Below are positions 12,210-31,050 of a stretch of 64,000 nt of DNA, piece by piece. The stretch is from NCBI RefSeq assembly GCF_009914755.1, contig NC_060936.1; one strand, 5' to 3'. The first letter of the stretch is position 1; the number at the start of each line of letters is the position of its first letter. Under the pieces are notes generated by a model. That model was not told where the DNA came from and ran no database searches. It worked only from the letters and a program-made list of their open reading frames with translations. This DNA is from the human T2T-CHM13v2.0 reference genome, Homo sapiens. Both the position numbers and the translations under genes were made by a program.

Positions 12210-14384
12210 CTGATAGACTCTGAATGCATATTTTCTGCATATGAGAGGAGGTCCAAAATCATTTTTTTCACACTTGACATATGGGAATCCTTCAAAGTAC
12301 CAATTTGTTCATCATCATCACTGAACACAGCCATAGACAACAGGTTGTACCAGGCATGCAAAACTGTCTTTAGTCACTATGTTCCAAGTCTTGGCAACAG
12401 CATATACAGTATTCTTCATGTTAAACTCCTTTACGAAAACGTCCATGCCCATACCTCTGTTCCCTGACGCTAGCATGCTGTTTAATAAAGTGTTTTTATA
12501 TTTCCTTTTCATTGACTTAAGGGTACCCTAATCACATAGCTCAATGAATGAAGTCACATTTGAGGAAAATTGCATGACATAAACTTTTTTTTATGAGAAT
12601 TTCACCTGGAGGATGAGCAGAACAGTTGTTAAGGAATAACAAAATATTGCAGTTGTTATTCAGTACAGCTTCCATGCAGTGAGCATGAGCCGCTGGTACA
12701 AAATGTTTGTGAAATCAATCAGGAAACATGTCCCTGATGATCTATGTCTTTCTGTTAGCATAATAACAGAATGGTAAGAAATTCACTCCTTGAAAACAGC
12801 AGGGACACAAGCTTTTGCTTAAAACAGCAAGTTTACACTTATGTATGTCTGCTGCATTAGCACATCCCAGCAGAGGTATTACCCTTGGCCTCCTTAATTC
12901 CTGTCTAGGCTGTCTCATCAGCTGTGGTTAGTGTCTTCCTGGGGCAATAATGGCAATAATGCCAAAACAGTGATGTTTCATCAGCATTATAGACTTGTTC
13001 TAGCATCAGATTTTCACAAGTGATGACCTTGGCAAACTTGTTACTAAATTTTTTTTTCACTGCTTTGTAATCAGCAGATGCTTTACTACCACAATCTTTA
13101 CAAGTCTAATGCTGTGTCTCTTCTTGAATATTCATGGTTAACTTCAATTTTCAGTTCATTGTGATAGATCTTTGTTTGTTTCATAATCAGAATACCATTA
13201 AGTGGCACGTGTTCACTGCAACACCAACAGATCCATTCCTTCCATACACAATTGAGATATTCCATTTTGGCTTTATGCAGTGTTTTTCTATTTTTCATTA
13301 TCTTCTGCTCATCACTTTCAGTATAGAACTTGAACAGTTTATCCTGCTATTTCCTCAGGTCATATCCAGGGTCATTCCAACGCCATACTCTTCTGTAAGA
13401 TGCTTCACACATTCACCAATATCCAATTTCTCCAACAGCTTGGCTTTCTGTGGCATAGACAAACATTAATTCTTCCTCTTTTTAAAATCATGATTATCCA
13501 TACCCACAGGGGTGTCTGTAGGCCATTTGGACTCTTTCAACAATATCTTTTTACCACGAAGCAGAGATTAAGCAAAAAATCCACAATGGGTAATGCACAT
13601 GTCTTGGCCCCACACAGGACATCATGGCACCTCATGGGGAACCTGCTGTTGGCATATCCAATTAACACACATGCTTTCTTATTACCTTTGACTGGCAGGC
13701 TTGTTGGGGGAGAGGAATCTGGGCAGGCATGTGAATATGTTGCAATTGAAGAGGGCTGGGGGCCCTTTTTACCCTTGGGGATGCTGAATAAATTAAAATA
13801 ATTTCAGGCACTATCAACTTTGTTGTTGTATTTATAACAATGCAGGGAATGTTTCCCCAACCTTTTAAATGTTTGTTCCCTATTGTTATTATATTTTTCT
13901 GCTTTGTTCATTATTTATTTTATATCAAATATGGTTTCATTGAAAATAACTTTATATGCATAATTTGCCTAATAGATCATAAATAACTTAAGACCATTCA
14001 TGTAATAAGATAACAAAAATAACAATATTTTTGTAGTTTTAGACGTGCTTTAAATAAAATAGTAAGAACAAAAGTTCATAAAATCTTATCGAGGTCAAAT
14101 GCTAGCCCAGTTGTTGATCCAAAACCAGATATCTCTTCAACTCACCCTAATGAACTATCAATGACTAATCATAAAATTGGGATAATAAAAATAATGCTTT
14201 AGCATGATAAAGGAATACCAAATATAGAGACAATGTAGAAAAAAAGGTTAGCAGTAATAAAATAAACCTTGGCTATAACATTCATTTCTATAAACTATAG
14301 TAATTATCTAGATCAAATACATATTATGGATTGACTAAGTGTGATGATAGAAAATGGGCTTAGGAAGGATATAAATTTAGTTGA

Positions 14385-14701
<317 letters not shown>

Positions 14702-14894
14702 CTATTTTAAGGAATAAACTGAAAAGACATGCATTGTGTCATTTACCTTAACAAACAGTTTACAAGAGTGCCATGCATTCTCTTTCCTGCCATCCTTCTT
14801 GACTTCAATAGCATTTTGTAAAAGATGATGGTTTAGGGCCATGTAACAGCTGGCTTAGTATATTAGCTCTAGGAAATTTTCTTAACAAAGAGCA

Positions 14895-15075
14895 GACTCC
14901 TAATTATGTGACCATGGGAAAAACTCTCTATGAATCTCCTTTCTCATCTATAAAATTAGGAAAATCTGTAAAGTGAGTACCTATATAATAGGGTTGTTGA
15001 CAGATTAAATGTGATAATACTTAACAACAGTGCTGACATATGATAAATCCTCAATAATGCTAACTGTAATTACTA
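14895..15075 (+). mobile_element. MIR
   Basis: tgtgaccatgggaaa...tttctcatctataaaattagg...gggttgttgacagattaaatgtgataatac. Confidence 0.7.
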
Positions 15076-15249
15076 TTATAATATCACTGTGACTATTGTT
15101 ATTTATTATTAGTATCATCAAAATTATTTGGCATTTAAGGTTCTCCATCATTTGGGCTTAATCAACCCCAACTGCATTTATAATAAACCCTAGGCTGTAA
15201 CATTCATTTCTATGAACCCTTTCCTCCTTGTTATGAGAATGCTTCCTTC

Positions 15250-15648
15250 TATTTATTCATTACCTGCCTCATGGCTTCTTGCTTCCCTGTTTTTGTTCAT
15301 GCTATCCTTTCTACCTATAATAATCTGTGGCTCCCTCATCCTTTTTGCCAATTTCCTCCTGGCTTTGTGCTACTGATCCTTTGAGGTCCTTTCATCTCCT
15401 CAGCAAGAATTTCTAGGATACTTCCAGTTTTCTTCTTCTTATAAACTCCCATAGTACATTATTTATGCCTCTTACAAGGCATTTTAAACTTTTGATACTG
15501 TTAAAAATGTACATATACATTGCATATTTTTCACAAGACTTTAAACACCTAGATGATGGAAGCCATGTCTTAACCATCTCTGTGTCCCACACAGTACCTA
15601 GCAGAATGCCTTGCACAAAGGGGGCTAAACAGATATTCTAAATAAATG
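15250..15648 (+). mobile_element. L2 3' fragment
   Basis: catctctgtgtcccacacagtacctagcagaatgccttgcaca...aaataaatg. Confidence 0.7.
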
Positions 15649-15973
15649 GTGATTATAGGAATCAGACATGTAATTTTTGCTTCATTAGAAGAATCTTCTA
15701 ATTAACTGGACTAAGCAGTGCTTACTTTCCCAAAAAGTTGATTATAGAGACTCACTGTTGGAGGTTTGTTTCTTAGGTAATCAAGGCTGATCACTGGATT
15801 TCTTTGATTTTCCCAAGATTGGGGCTAATGCCTGAAATTGGGGAAAGTTCTTTGAGGGAAAGGGTTTTTTTTTTTTTTTTTTTTTAATCTGAACGAAATT
15901 TCAAAAAAGGGAATGCTTCTTACTTGACCAAAATTGAAAGCACCATGGGATAAAAATTTCTGAGTTATGAGTC

Positions 15974-16506
15974 TCAGGGGTCCAAACACAAAACCCCAAA
16001 GCATGGCCTCTTGGTTTGCTGACTACTTTGAACTGAAGGACACTGAAAGTGCCTCAGAAGCAAGGTCTTTCTGATCCTCTCCTGCCTTCTTTCTCCCTCT
16101 CCACTTTCTCCCCCAAAGCAAGCCATAAAACCTAGGAAGGTCTCTGACCTCCTCCCCTCCCTACTGACTGTCCTCATATGACAGATGTCCTGTCCCATAT
16201 CTGGGGTGAATCTGAACAAACAGGCCTAAGTTTCTCCCCAGTTTACATCCATTAGAGTATACTGTTTTCTCCAACCATACTTCTACATGACTATCCATTC
16301 TTCATCAAATCTAAGCATAAAAATATAGCTTTCCTTGGGTTTGTGGGTGTTCATTTCTGAAGCCTTGTGTGTCACATAAACTTTGGTTAAATAAATTCGT
16401 TATGCTTTTCTCTTGTCAATCCATGTTCTGTTATAGGGATGTTAACCATGATCCTTGCGATAAGTTAGGAAAAAGAAGCCTTGGCTTTTTTTTTTGGCTC
16501 CCAATA
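15974..16506 (+). mobile_element. ERV1 solo LTR, MER39/MER34 group
   Basis: accccaaagcatggcctcttggtttgctgactactttgaactgaagg; tcatttctgaagccttgtgtgtcacataaactttggttaaataaa. Confidence 0.75.
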
Positions 16507-16884
16507 CCTTGCTCACAGAATAAAACTTTATAATTTCTCATAATATGTTTTTCTTTTGAAAGCCCCAACCATCCACTGAGCTTGAAATCTATGTTTTATT
16601 TCTGAAGGCTCATTATTCTAGATTTTAGCTTTCATTTGGACAATGATCAAAGAGAAACAACTTTCACAGCCTCAAGGTAAAAGATTGTAAACAGCAAATT
16701 AGTGAACAAAAGTATTTTTCTTTAGTTTTATCTTAAATGTATAAGAACAAAAACCAAGATGGCCTTCACAAGAGAAAATATTCCTTTTCCAAATAATATT
16801 GGCTAATTTGAAATTTTCATATTCAAACAAATTTAATTTTGTGAGTGGGAAAAACATTTTTTCAAGAGAAAGTTTTAGGTATTT

Positions 16885-18350
16885 TCTTATTTTTTATTTT
16901 TTTGTGGGTACATAATGGGTGTATATACTTATGGGGTATATGAGATTTTTCATACAGGCATACAATGTGTAATGATCACGTCAGAATAAATGGGGTTTCC
17001 ATCAACAGAAGCATTTATTCTTTGTGTTACAAACAGTCCAAGTACACTCTTTTAGTTATTTTTAAATGTATAATTAAATTATTATATTTAATTATATAAC
17101 TAATGATAGTTACCCTGTTGTACTATCAAACACCAGATCTTATTCATTCTTTCTATTTATTTGTACCCATTAATCATCTCCCCTTCCTCCTTATCCTCCC
17201 ACTACCCTTCCCAGCTTCTGGTAACCATATGTATTAGTCCATTTTCACACTGCTATAAAGAACTACATGAGACTGAGTAATTTATAAACAAAAGAGGCTT
17301 AATTGACTCACAGTTCCACATGGCTGGGGAGGCCTCAGGAAACTTATAATCATGGCAGAAGGTCAAGGGGAAGCAAGGCACATTTTATATGGTGGCAGGG
17401 CGTAGGGACTGCCACACACTTTTAAACCATCAGATCTTGTGAGAACTTGCTATCATGAGAACAGCATGGGGGAAACCACCCCCACGATTCAATCACCTCC
17501 TACCAGTTCCCTCCCCCAACACATGGGGATTACAATTTGACATGAGATTTGGGTGGGGACACAGAGCCAAACCATATCATCATCTTACTCTCTATCTCCA
17601 TGAGTTAAATTGTTTTAATTTGTAGCTCCCACAAATAAGTGAGAACATGCAAAGCTTTTCCTTCTGTGCCTGGCTTATTTTACTTAACATAAGGACCTCC
17701 TGTTCCATCGTTGTTGCTGCAAATGACAGGATCTCATTCTTTTTATGGCTGAATAGTACTCCATTGTGTATATGTATTACATTTTCTTTATCAATTCATC
17801 TGTTGGACACTTGGTTTTTTCCAAATCTTGGCTATTATGAATAGTGCTACAATAAATGTGGGGGTGCAGATATCTCTTCAATATATTGATTTCCTTTCTT
17901 TTGGGTATATACCTAGGAGTGGGATTACTAGATCATATGGTAGCCCTACTTTTAGTTTTTTCAGGAACCTCCAAACCGTTCTGCATAATGGTGGTTCTAA
18001 TTTACGTTCCTACTAACAGTGTACGAGAGTTCCTTTTTCTCCACGTCTTCACCAGCATTTATTATTGCTTGTCTTTTGGATAAAAGCCATTTAACTGGGG
18101 TGAGATGATATCTCATTGTGGTTCTGATTTACATTTCTCTGATAATCAATGATGTTGAACACACTTTTATATGTCTCTTTGCCATATATATGTCTTCTTT
18201 TGAGAAATGTCTATTCAGATCTTTTGCTCAGTTTTAAATCAAATTATTAGATTCTTTTTCCTGTAGAGTTGTTTGAGGTCCTTGTATGTTATGGTTTTAA
18301 TCCCCTGTCAGATGGAGGGTTTGCAAATATTTTCTCCCACTCTATGGGTT
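16885..18350 (-). mobile_element. L1MA (L1MA2/3-like) 3' fragment, split by a THE1 LTR
   Basis: tttgtgggtacataatgggtgtatatacttatggggt antisense L1MA 3' end; ORF2 C-terminal homology 17640-18350. Confidence 0.9.
17230..17579 (-). mobile_element. THE1 (THE1C/D-like) solo LTR
   Basis: tgtattagtccattttcacactgctataaag...ggggacacagagccaaaccatatca. Confidence 0.9.
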
Positions 18351-18530
18351 ATTAATTATATGAAATATTTAGAAAGAAAACAATAGTTGCATCCATATCT
18401 GAAAAATTTAGAGACACTGATGACATGATGACCTTCATTCCCTAATGTTTTTATGGATGATCTAGATATCACAAGACACATTAAAGAAACTACACTGTAG
18501 GGAATATTCAACAGTTGGATTGAGCTTATG

Positions 18531-19135
<605 letters not shown>

Positions 19136-19989
19136 ATGTCTAATATTATATACAAAGGAGGTTAATGACAATATGCAATGAAAAATTAATCAAAATGCAG
19201 TTTCATATAAATCAAATATACATTTCACTTATAATATCAAATATAAAAAAGACATAGTCTTGAAGTAAAATGAGCCTTATCATCTCAAATGGGTAATCTG
19301 GATATTAATTCACCTGTTGTTTAGAATCTTATTCATTAAACAAGCACTCAGTTTTTACCTTCTTTGTGACAAGCACTGTGTTCAGTACCAAGATAATAAA
19401 AGATGATAGTAACACAATATATCTTCCCATTTAGATTGCAATTCCACAGAGTTCTAAAGGTACTTTCTTTGGCAAAATAGTTCAAAAAATATGTCAAGAG
19501 ACTATATCAATAAGTTATTGAGCCATAGACTATTAAAGAAGTGGGAGGTCAATAGAGGAGAGATAAGAAGGTTTCATGGTGTGCAAGATTGGAATTTGGC
19601 CTAGAGGACTGATAGGAGGTACAGTTTAGCTCCATTTGGGTTCAAGCATAGAACATGTACAGAATAAAGAAAAGACTTAGGGCTACAAGTTCATATTAGA
19701 AACATCCCCTAGACCTAGAGTTAGAGATCTAGATTCCAATTCCAGTTCTAAAAGTCACTTGCTATGTGACCTTAGCTATCTTGTCTATCTATAGATTATG
19801 GAAAATAATGCCTGTTTTGTCTATTTCAAAATATCATTAGGAGAAAACACCTATAGATAGCATAGTATGTTGTTAATTTTTGGAGTTCAAACTATATTTA
19901 TCTAAGTTCGTCAAGAGTTAGTGCAAAGCATTGCTTACAATGTATCCTCAATGAACATTTATTTCATGAAAGAATGAATGGATAAAAGA

Positions 19990-20172
19990 AGTTAGACCTG
20001 AATTTCCTCTGCCACTTACTAACTAGGTCATACATGACCTTAGTTAAATTACTTAGTCACCCTGAGCCTCAGGTTTCGTATTTCTAAAATGAGGGTTAAA
20101 AATTATGCTTATATCACAAGATTGCTCTGGTTAAATGGAAATTGATGAAAAATTCTTAGCACAGTAGTTAGT
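19990..20172 (+). mobile_element. MIR
   Basis: ctctgccacttactaactagg...gaccttagttaaattacttagtcaccctgagcctcaggtttc. Confidence 0.75.
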
Positions 20173-21998
20173 ATATACTTTTCATCACATATACATCCTA
20201 TATATTGGATAATTAAAGACAATTCATCAAATATAAAGTACAGTGATTGTGTTTATGATAAAAACTATCACATAGCAGAGAAGGAGAAGTGAGTGTTCAA
20301 CATGTAGTTGTGAACTGACACTTTTGGTCCAAGAGCTGCATCAGAACACGATGAGTGACACACAATGTGCACCATAACATCACCAAGAATGTGAGTTTAA
20401 AAAGTATCAGATCATTGACTGATTCTTCAGAAGGATCCTAGATTACCATGCCATTTAAAAATATGTGTAAGAAAAGCAGAGCTCAAAAATTATGTATGAG
20501 AGGCTTTCCAGTGTACGTTGAGCCTCAAAGGAATAAAATAAACTGAAATTTAGACATTTACTCACAACGATTGGTATAGCTCAGAGGTGATAATCTCTGG
20601 AAAGAGTATTGATAATGTTAATCATTTTATAGATTTTAAATTGGTTTGTGTTCTACTGGGAACCAAAGAAGATGTCATGAAGGTGGCTGGCAAGATGGAC
20701 GAATAGGAATAGCTCTGGTCTGCAGCTCCCAGTAAGATCAATGCAGAAGGTGGGTGATTTCTGCATTTCTAACTGAGGTACCCGGTTTGTCTCATTGGGA
20801 CGGTTAGACAGTGGGTGCAGCCCATGGAGGGCGAGTAGAAGCAGTGTGAGGTGTCACCTCACCTGGAAGTGCAAGGGGTCGGGGGACTCCCTCCCCTAGC
20901 CAAGGGAAGCCATGAGGAACTGTGCAGTGAGGAACGGTGCATTCTGGCCCAGATACTACGCTTTTCCCATGGTCTTCGCAACCTGCAGACCAGGAGATTC
21001 CTCCAGTGCCTATGCCACAAGGGCCCTGGGTTTCAAGCATAAAATTGGGCGGCCATTTGGGCAGACACCGAGTTAGCTGCAGGAGTTTTCTTTCATACCC
21101 CAGTGGCCCTGGAACACCAGCGAGACAGAACTGTTCACTCCCCTGGAAAGGGGGCTGAAGCCAGGGAGCCAAGTGGTCTAGCTCAGTGGATCCCACCCCC
21201 ACAGAGCCCAGCAAGCTAAGATCCACTGGCTTGAAATTCTCACTGCCAGCACAGCAGTCTGAAGTCAACCTGGGATGCTCCAGCTTGGTTGGGGAAGGGG
21301 CGTCCGCTATGACTGAGGCTTGAATAGGCGGTTTTCCCCTCACAGCAAAACAAAGCTACAGGAAGTTCCAACTGTGCACAGCCTACTGCAGATTGGTAAA
21401 GCTGCTGTAGCCACACTGTCTCTCTAGATTCCTCCTCTCTGGCAGGGCATCTCTGAAAGAAAGGCAGCAGCCCCAGTCAGGGCCTTATAGATAAAACTTC
21501 ATCTTCCTGGGACAGAGCACCTGGAGGAAGGGGCAGCTGTGGGCACAGCTTCAGCAGACATAAATGTTCCTGCCTGCCAGCGCTGAAGAGAGCAGCAGAT
21601 CTCCCGGCACATTGATTGAGCTCTGCTAAGGGACAGACTGCCTCCTTAAGTGGGTCCCTGACACCCATGCCTCCTGACTGAGAGATACCTCCCAGCAGGA
21701 GTCGACAGACACCTCACACAGGAGAGCTCTGACTGGCATCTGGAGGGTGCCCCTCTGAGATGAAGCTTCCAGAGGAAGGATCAGGCAGCAGTCTTTGCTG
21801 TTCTGCAGCCTCTGCCGCTGATACCCAGGCAAACAGGGTCTGGAGTGGACCTCCAGCAAACTCCAGTAGACCTGCAGCAGAGGGGCCTGACTGTTAGAAG
21901 GAAAACTAACAAACAGAAAGGAATAGTATCAACATCAACAGAAATGACATCCACACCAAAACCCTATCAGAAGTCCAAAGGTAGATAAATCCATGAAG

Positions 21999-22989
21999 AT
22001 GGGGAGATACCACTGCAAAAAGGCTGAAAATTCCAAAAATCAGAATGCCTCTTCTTCTCCAAAGGATCATAACTCCTCGCCAGCAAGGGAACAAAACTGG
22101 ATGGAGAATGAGTTTGACGAATTGACAGAAGTAGGCTTCAGAAGGTGGGTAATAACAAATTCCTCCGAGCTAAAGGAGCATGTTCTAAATGAATTGCTAA
22201 CTAGAATAACCAGTTTAGAGAAGAACATAAACGACCTGATGGAGCTGAAAAACACAGCACAAGAACTTTGTGAAGCATACACAAGTATCAATAGCCAAAT
22301 TGATCAAGCAGAAGAAAGGATATCAGAGATTGAAGATCAACTTAATGAAATCAAGCATGAAGACAAGATTAGAGAACAAATAATGAAAAGGAACAAACAA
22401 AGCCACCAAGAAACATGGGACTATGTGAAAAGACCAAACCTACGTTTGGTTGGTGTACCTGGAAGTGACGGGGAGAGTGGAACCAAGCTGGAAAATACTC
22501 TTCAGGATATTATCCAGGAGAACTTCCCCAACCTAGCAAGACAGGCCAACATTCAAATTCAGGAAATACTGAGAACACCATGAAGGTACTCCTTCATGAG
22601 AAGAACAACCCCAAGACACATAATTGTCCGATTCACCAAGGTTGAAATGAAGGAAAAAATGTTAAGGGCAGCCAGAGAGAAAGGTTAGGTTACCCACAAA
22701 GGGAATCTGATAAGACTAACAACGTATCTGTCTGCAGAAACCTTGCAAGCCAGGAGAGAGTAGGGGAGCCAATATTCAACATTCTTAAAGAGAATAATTT
22801 TCAACCCAGAATTTCATATCCAGCCAAACTGAGCTTTAAAAGTGAAGGAGAAATAAAATCCTTTACAGATAAGCAAATGCTGAGAGATTTTGTCACCACC
22901 AGTTCTGCCTTATAAGAGCTCCTGAAGGAAGCACTAAACATGGAAAGGAACAACCGGTCCAGCCACTGCAAAAACATACCAAATTGTAA
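21999..22989 (+). pseudogene. L1 ORF1p remnant
   Basis: MGRYHCKKAENSKNQ...WDYVKRPNLRLVGVP; premature TGA at 22581-22583; native stop at 22987-22989. Confidence 0.9.
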
Positions 22990-23052
22990 AGACCATTGAC
23001 ACTATGAAGAAACTACATCAACTAATGGGCAAAATAACCAGCTAGCATCATA

Positions 23053-26877
<3,825 letters not shown>

Positions 26878-27089
26878 ACAATGAGAACACATGGACACAG
26901 GGAGGGGAACATCACACACTGGGCCTGTCAGGGAGTAGGGAACTAGGGGAGGGATAGCATTAGGAGAAATACCTAATGTAGATGACGGGTTGATGGGTGC
27001 AGCAAACCACCGTGGCACGTGTATACCTATGTAACAAACCTGCATGTTCTCCACATGTATTTCGGAACTTAAAGTATAATAAAAGAATT

Positions 27090-27408
<319 letters not shown>

Positions 27409-28416
27409 TCATAACAGAGGTAGGTGTTTGAGCTGGTACTCTTATTCTGAGAAGCATCCATTGGCTTTGATACAAATTTTATTGTTAAAAATGATTTGAA
27501 AATTGAAAATTGTCTTGCTTGATTTCCCTACTATCTTTGAAGTATTTTCAGTTCAATACTTTGAAATATTTCAGGGTTCAATAAATCAATGAGACATATG
27601 GATTATCTAGGGAGAATCTATTTGTTTCTCTAGGCCATTGAACTGTTGGAAGCACATTAATTATTCATGATTTCTTCTGATTAACAAATTTGTACTATCT
27701 GAAATACATGTTCAGTACTATTCAATACTTTATTAAAAGTTATATTATTTACTCCTAAAAACCAGAGTTGGGTACATAATTATTTCTTTTGTTAGCATTT
27801 TAGAGATATAAAAGGGGCTTATTTCTAATAACAACGAAGATTAACCATTACACAAGGCATTCTAGAAATGAGTGGTCATAATATCACATTTTAAATAATT
27901 GAAAAACGTATACAAATATATGTTGCCCAAAATAAAGCATGACGTCAACCATCTGTTATAATATAACACTGCATTTTCTTACATTCTCTAGGTAAACATT
28001 ATAGGGACTATTATGTAAAAAAATTCCAAATTATTCTAATAGCTCTATTCTTAAAACCATTAAGAAGATTATCTCTGTTTTTAATATTCAATATAATAAA
28101 TACAATTTGAGTGCAAAAGTTTAAAAAGTTTTATACTATATTTTATATAATAATAACTTATGCTACTTTACTCTCCTAGTATTGCAAGCTAAAATCTTTT
28201 AATACCAAAGTTACTGAAGAAGAGAAAAATTTTTAAATTAACACTTTAATATATTCTGTCTTCCATCTCTTAGACAACCTGTTGTCAAATTCTGGCATCT
28301 CTTCCTACTTCTTCAGATTTGACTTTTCTTTGGATTCATATTGCATACCTTACACCTGCAATAAATTATATATACCTTTAATATGCTTATTCCTTGTACA
28401 TAACAGCTATAGCTAC

Positions 28417-28909
28417 TGTTGGGCTCAGAACATGATACCCTGAAATATGGCACTTTGGCAATTGAGAAGACTGCAGAAGCAGGAAGGTTGCTTTTACTTT
28501 CTCCTCCCTTTTTCTTCTAAAGAACATTCATAAAGAGTTATCGACCTATCTCACCTGAATGTAGGTCATAAGAACCTCACACCACACAGGTCCTACCCTA
28601 TACCCAGAAACTAAGAAAAATCTGAACAAAGAGGTCCTGGTAAGTTCCTTCCAGTTTATTACAAATAGTTCATATCCACTTTTTGTCCAATTATACATCT
28701 ACACAACTGTTCATTCTTCATTAAACTTAAGTATAAAAATACAATTTTTTCTGGTTCTTTGGGTCTTCATTTCTGAAGGCTCTTGTGTCATGCAAAACTT
28801 TGGTTAAATACATTATGCATTTTTCTTGTTATCTTGTCTTATGTTGTAGGAGTGTCAGTTGTGAACCTTGTGATGGGTGAGGAAAAGATACTTCTTTTTC
28901 TTTCCTAGA
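28417..28909 (+). mobile_element. ERV1 solo LTR, MER34/MER39 group
   Basis: tgttgggctcagaacatgataccctgaaatatggcactttggc start; 3' half homologous to 15974-16506; flanks ctac/atac. Confidence 0.75.
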
Positions 28910-28996
28910 ATACTCAATACATGTTATATGAATGAATTGCTCATCTGACTTTCTTCCTGGCCTCTCTACTCAGCCACTGAATCTCTGGGGACCTAG

Positions 28997-29338
<342 letters not shown>

Positions 29339-29879
29339 ATATTTCAGGCTTTAAATGAAATGGAATATATATTTTTTAAAGGTAAGTTTAACCAGAATAC
29401 ATTTATTCATGGGAATTTTTTTATTTACACCCATTTGAAGACTAAGCTACATTTGAAATTGATATCATATTGCATAAACATATGAATACATGTATTTGTC
29501 TAACATAAAGTCTTCAATAAATATTTAGTGAATGAATAAAAGTATGTTATACTCAACATAAATGAGTTTAGGTCATTTCCTGATGACTTTGAGGGGTCAC
29601 AGATGTGCTGGTGCTTTCCTTGACACAACTTTCTCTTACCCCTTTAGTTTAAATATATATATTTAATTATTTTAAAAATAGAGTTTCATATTTTGAGTTT
29701 TATTTAATAAAACAGATCATCAAACTCATAAATGAAGCTTGTAAAACATTTTGGAATGACTTCATCCACAAATTTTGAGGAATGAAACAAAAAAGAAATG
29801 GATATTAAAACTCTTAAGAGGCCAATCAACCATTTGTGTTTTGATATTATTAGCACCCCAATTCAAACACACAAAAGGT

Positions 29880-30222
29880 TAAAAAATAAATTATAAAACA
29901 ACTGGGGACATTTGGACATCAAGTGGGTCTTGGATAATATTAAGCAATTATTGTTTGATATTCCATTAGGTACTGTAATGGTATTTTGGTTATTTTTTAA
30001 AGTTGTTATTTTTACATGCAATATATTAACAGATGAGATGATATTTCTTAGACTTTCTTCAAAATAATCCTGTGTGTATATGGGGAGTGAATGCTTGGTA
30101 TAGAAGGAAATATGGTTATTTGTTGATAGGTTTTGAAGTTGGGTGATAGGAACATGGATGTTCATAACACCATTTTCTTTACTTCTGTATATATTTGAAT
30201 TTTTCAAAAATAAAAAGGTTTT
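29880..30222 (+). mobile_element. Old L1M 3' UTR fragment (L1MC4/5-like)
   Basis: gggtgataggaacatggatgttcataacaccatt...tttgaatttttcaaaaataaaaagg. Confidence 0.7.
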
Positions 30223-30789
30223 TTTAATCATGCTAATAAAACTATCAGAGGAACTTTGAAAACATTGGATTCTTGAGATAAAGTGGCTTTCCAGAAAAAA
30301 AGTGGCATGAAATAAAATGCTCTCATACTTTGTTTAACTGATGTACTTTATTTAAATATCTTTACTATATATTATTGGTTTCCTAGTTAGCTATGCCAAT
30401 ATATTAGATGGTGGAATCATGACCTATAGCTAGCTGAGAATTTTAAATTTTACTGACTTTATTGACTCCATACTCTTCATGGACACTAATTTAGTCAGAC
30501 AAGTTACAGAACTCCAATAACGTAATAAACATGTTAAGTGCCTAGTGTATTAAATCTCTTCTGAAAATCTACCTTTTTGATGATTTTGAGCATGGATTTC
30601 TAATAACTGAATGCCATAGTGTCAAATGTTGATTTGGTCAAAGATACTGTTTTTGACTGGATCAAGCAAAAACACTTCCCAAAATGCAGCAGCAGCACAA
30701 TCTGTTATATTGCAATGAGAAAAAAAAATTGGCAAGGACTATAAAAGTTACTTAAGAAAGAACTTCACAAGGAGATGAAGCACAAATGG

Positions 30790-31050
30790 AAATGCCTCAG
30801 AAAGTAGAATGTAGGGCAAATTTCTAAGGAGATCACAAAGAAATAGCAAAAGCTTGTAGGAGTTGGGTCAAAAAAGCTCAGCAGGAAACAGGATGCCACA
30901 TCTAAGAAACATGAAAGGAAACAGAAAAAAGAATTCTTTTACTATTTCAGGAACAAAAGAAAGCTAAATGACACACTTTGCTCCTTCAGTGAAGAGAAAA
31001 GGAAATCTAATGGTCCATGATAGTAAAAATGCACATGCAATTGGTAATTT
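30790..31050 (+). mobile_element. CR1/L3-type LINE ORF2 fragment
   Basis: Frameshifted translation gives GQISKE / EIAKACRSWVKKA / KEFFYYFRNKRK / GNLMVHDSKNA, matching the CR1 EN-RT linker (GQITKEEYK..ACR..VRKAK..KGFFKYIRSKRK..GNLVTDDKEKA). Confidence 0.65.

Larger units (their letters stand above)
10519..13792 (-). mobile_element. Tigger4 (Zombi/MER46 family) DNA transposon, near full length, one terminus missing
   Basis: TA|caagttaagtattccttatccaaatgcttgagaccagaagtg terminus. Minus-strand transposase remnants: CENP-B/Jerky-like HTH (MKNRKTLHKAKMEYLNCVWKEW, 13098-13298) and DDE-region EFNMKNTVYAVAKTWN (12318-12512). Confidence 0.85.
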
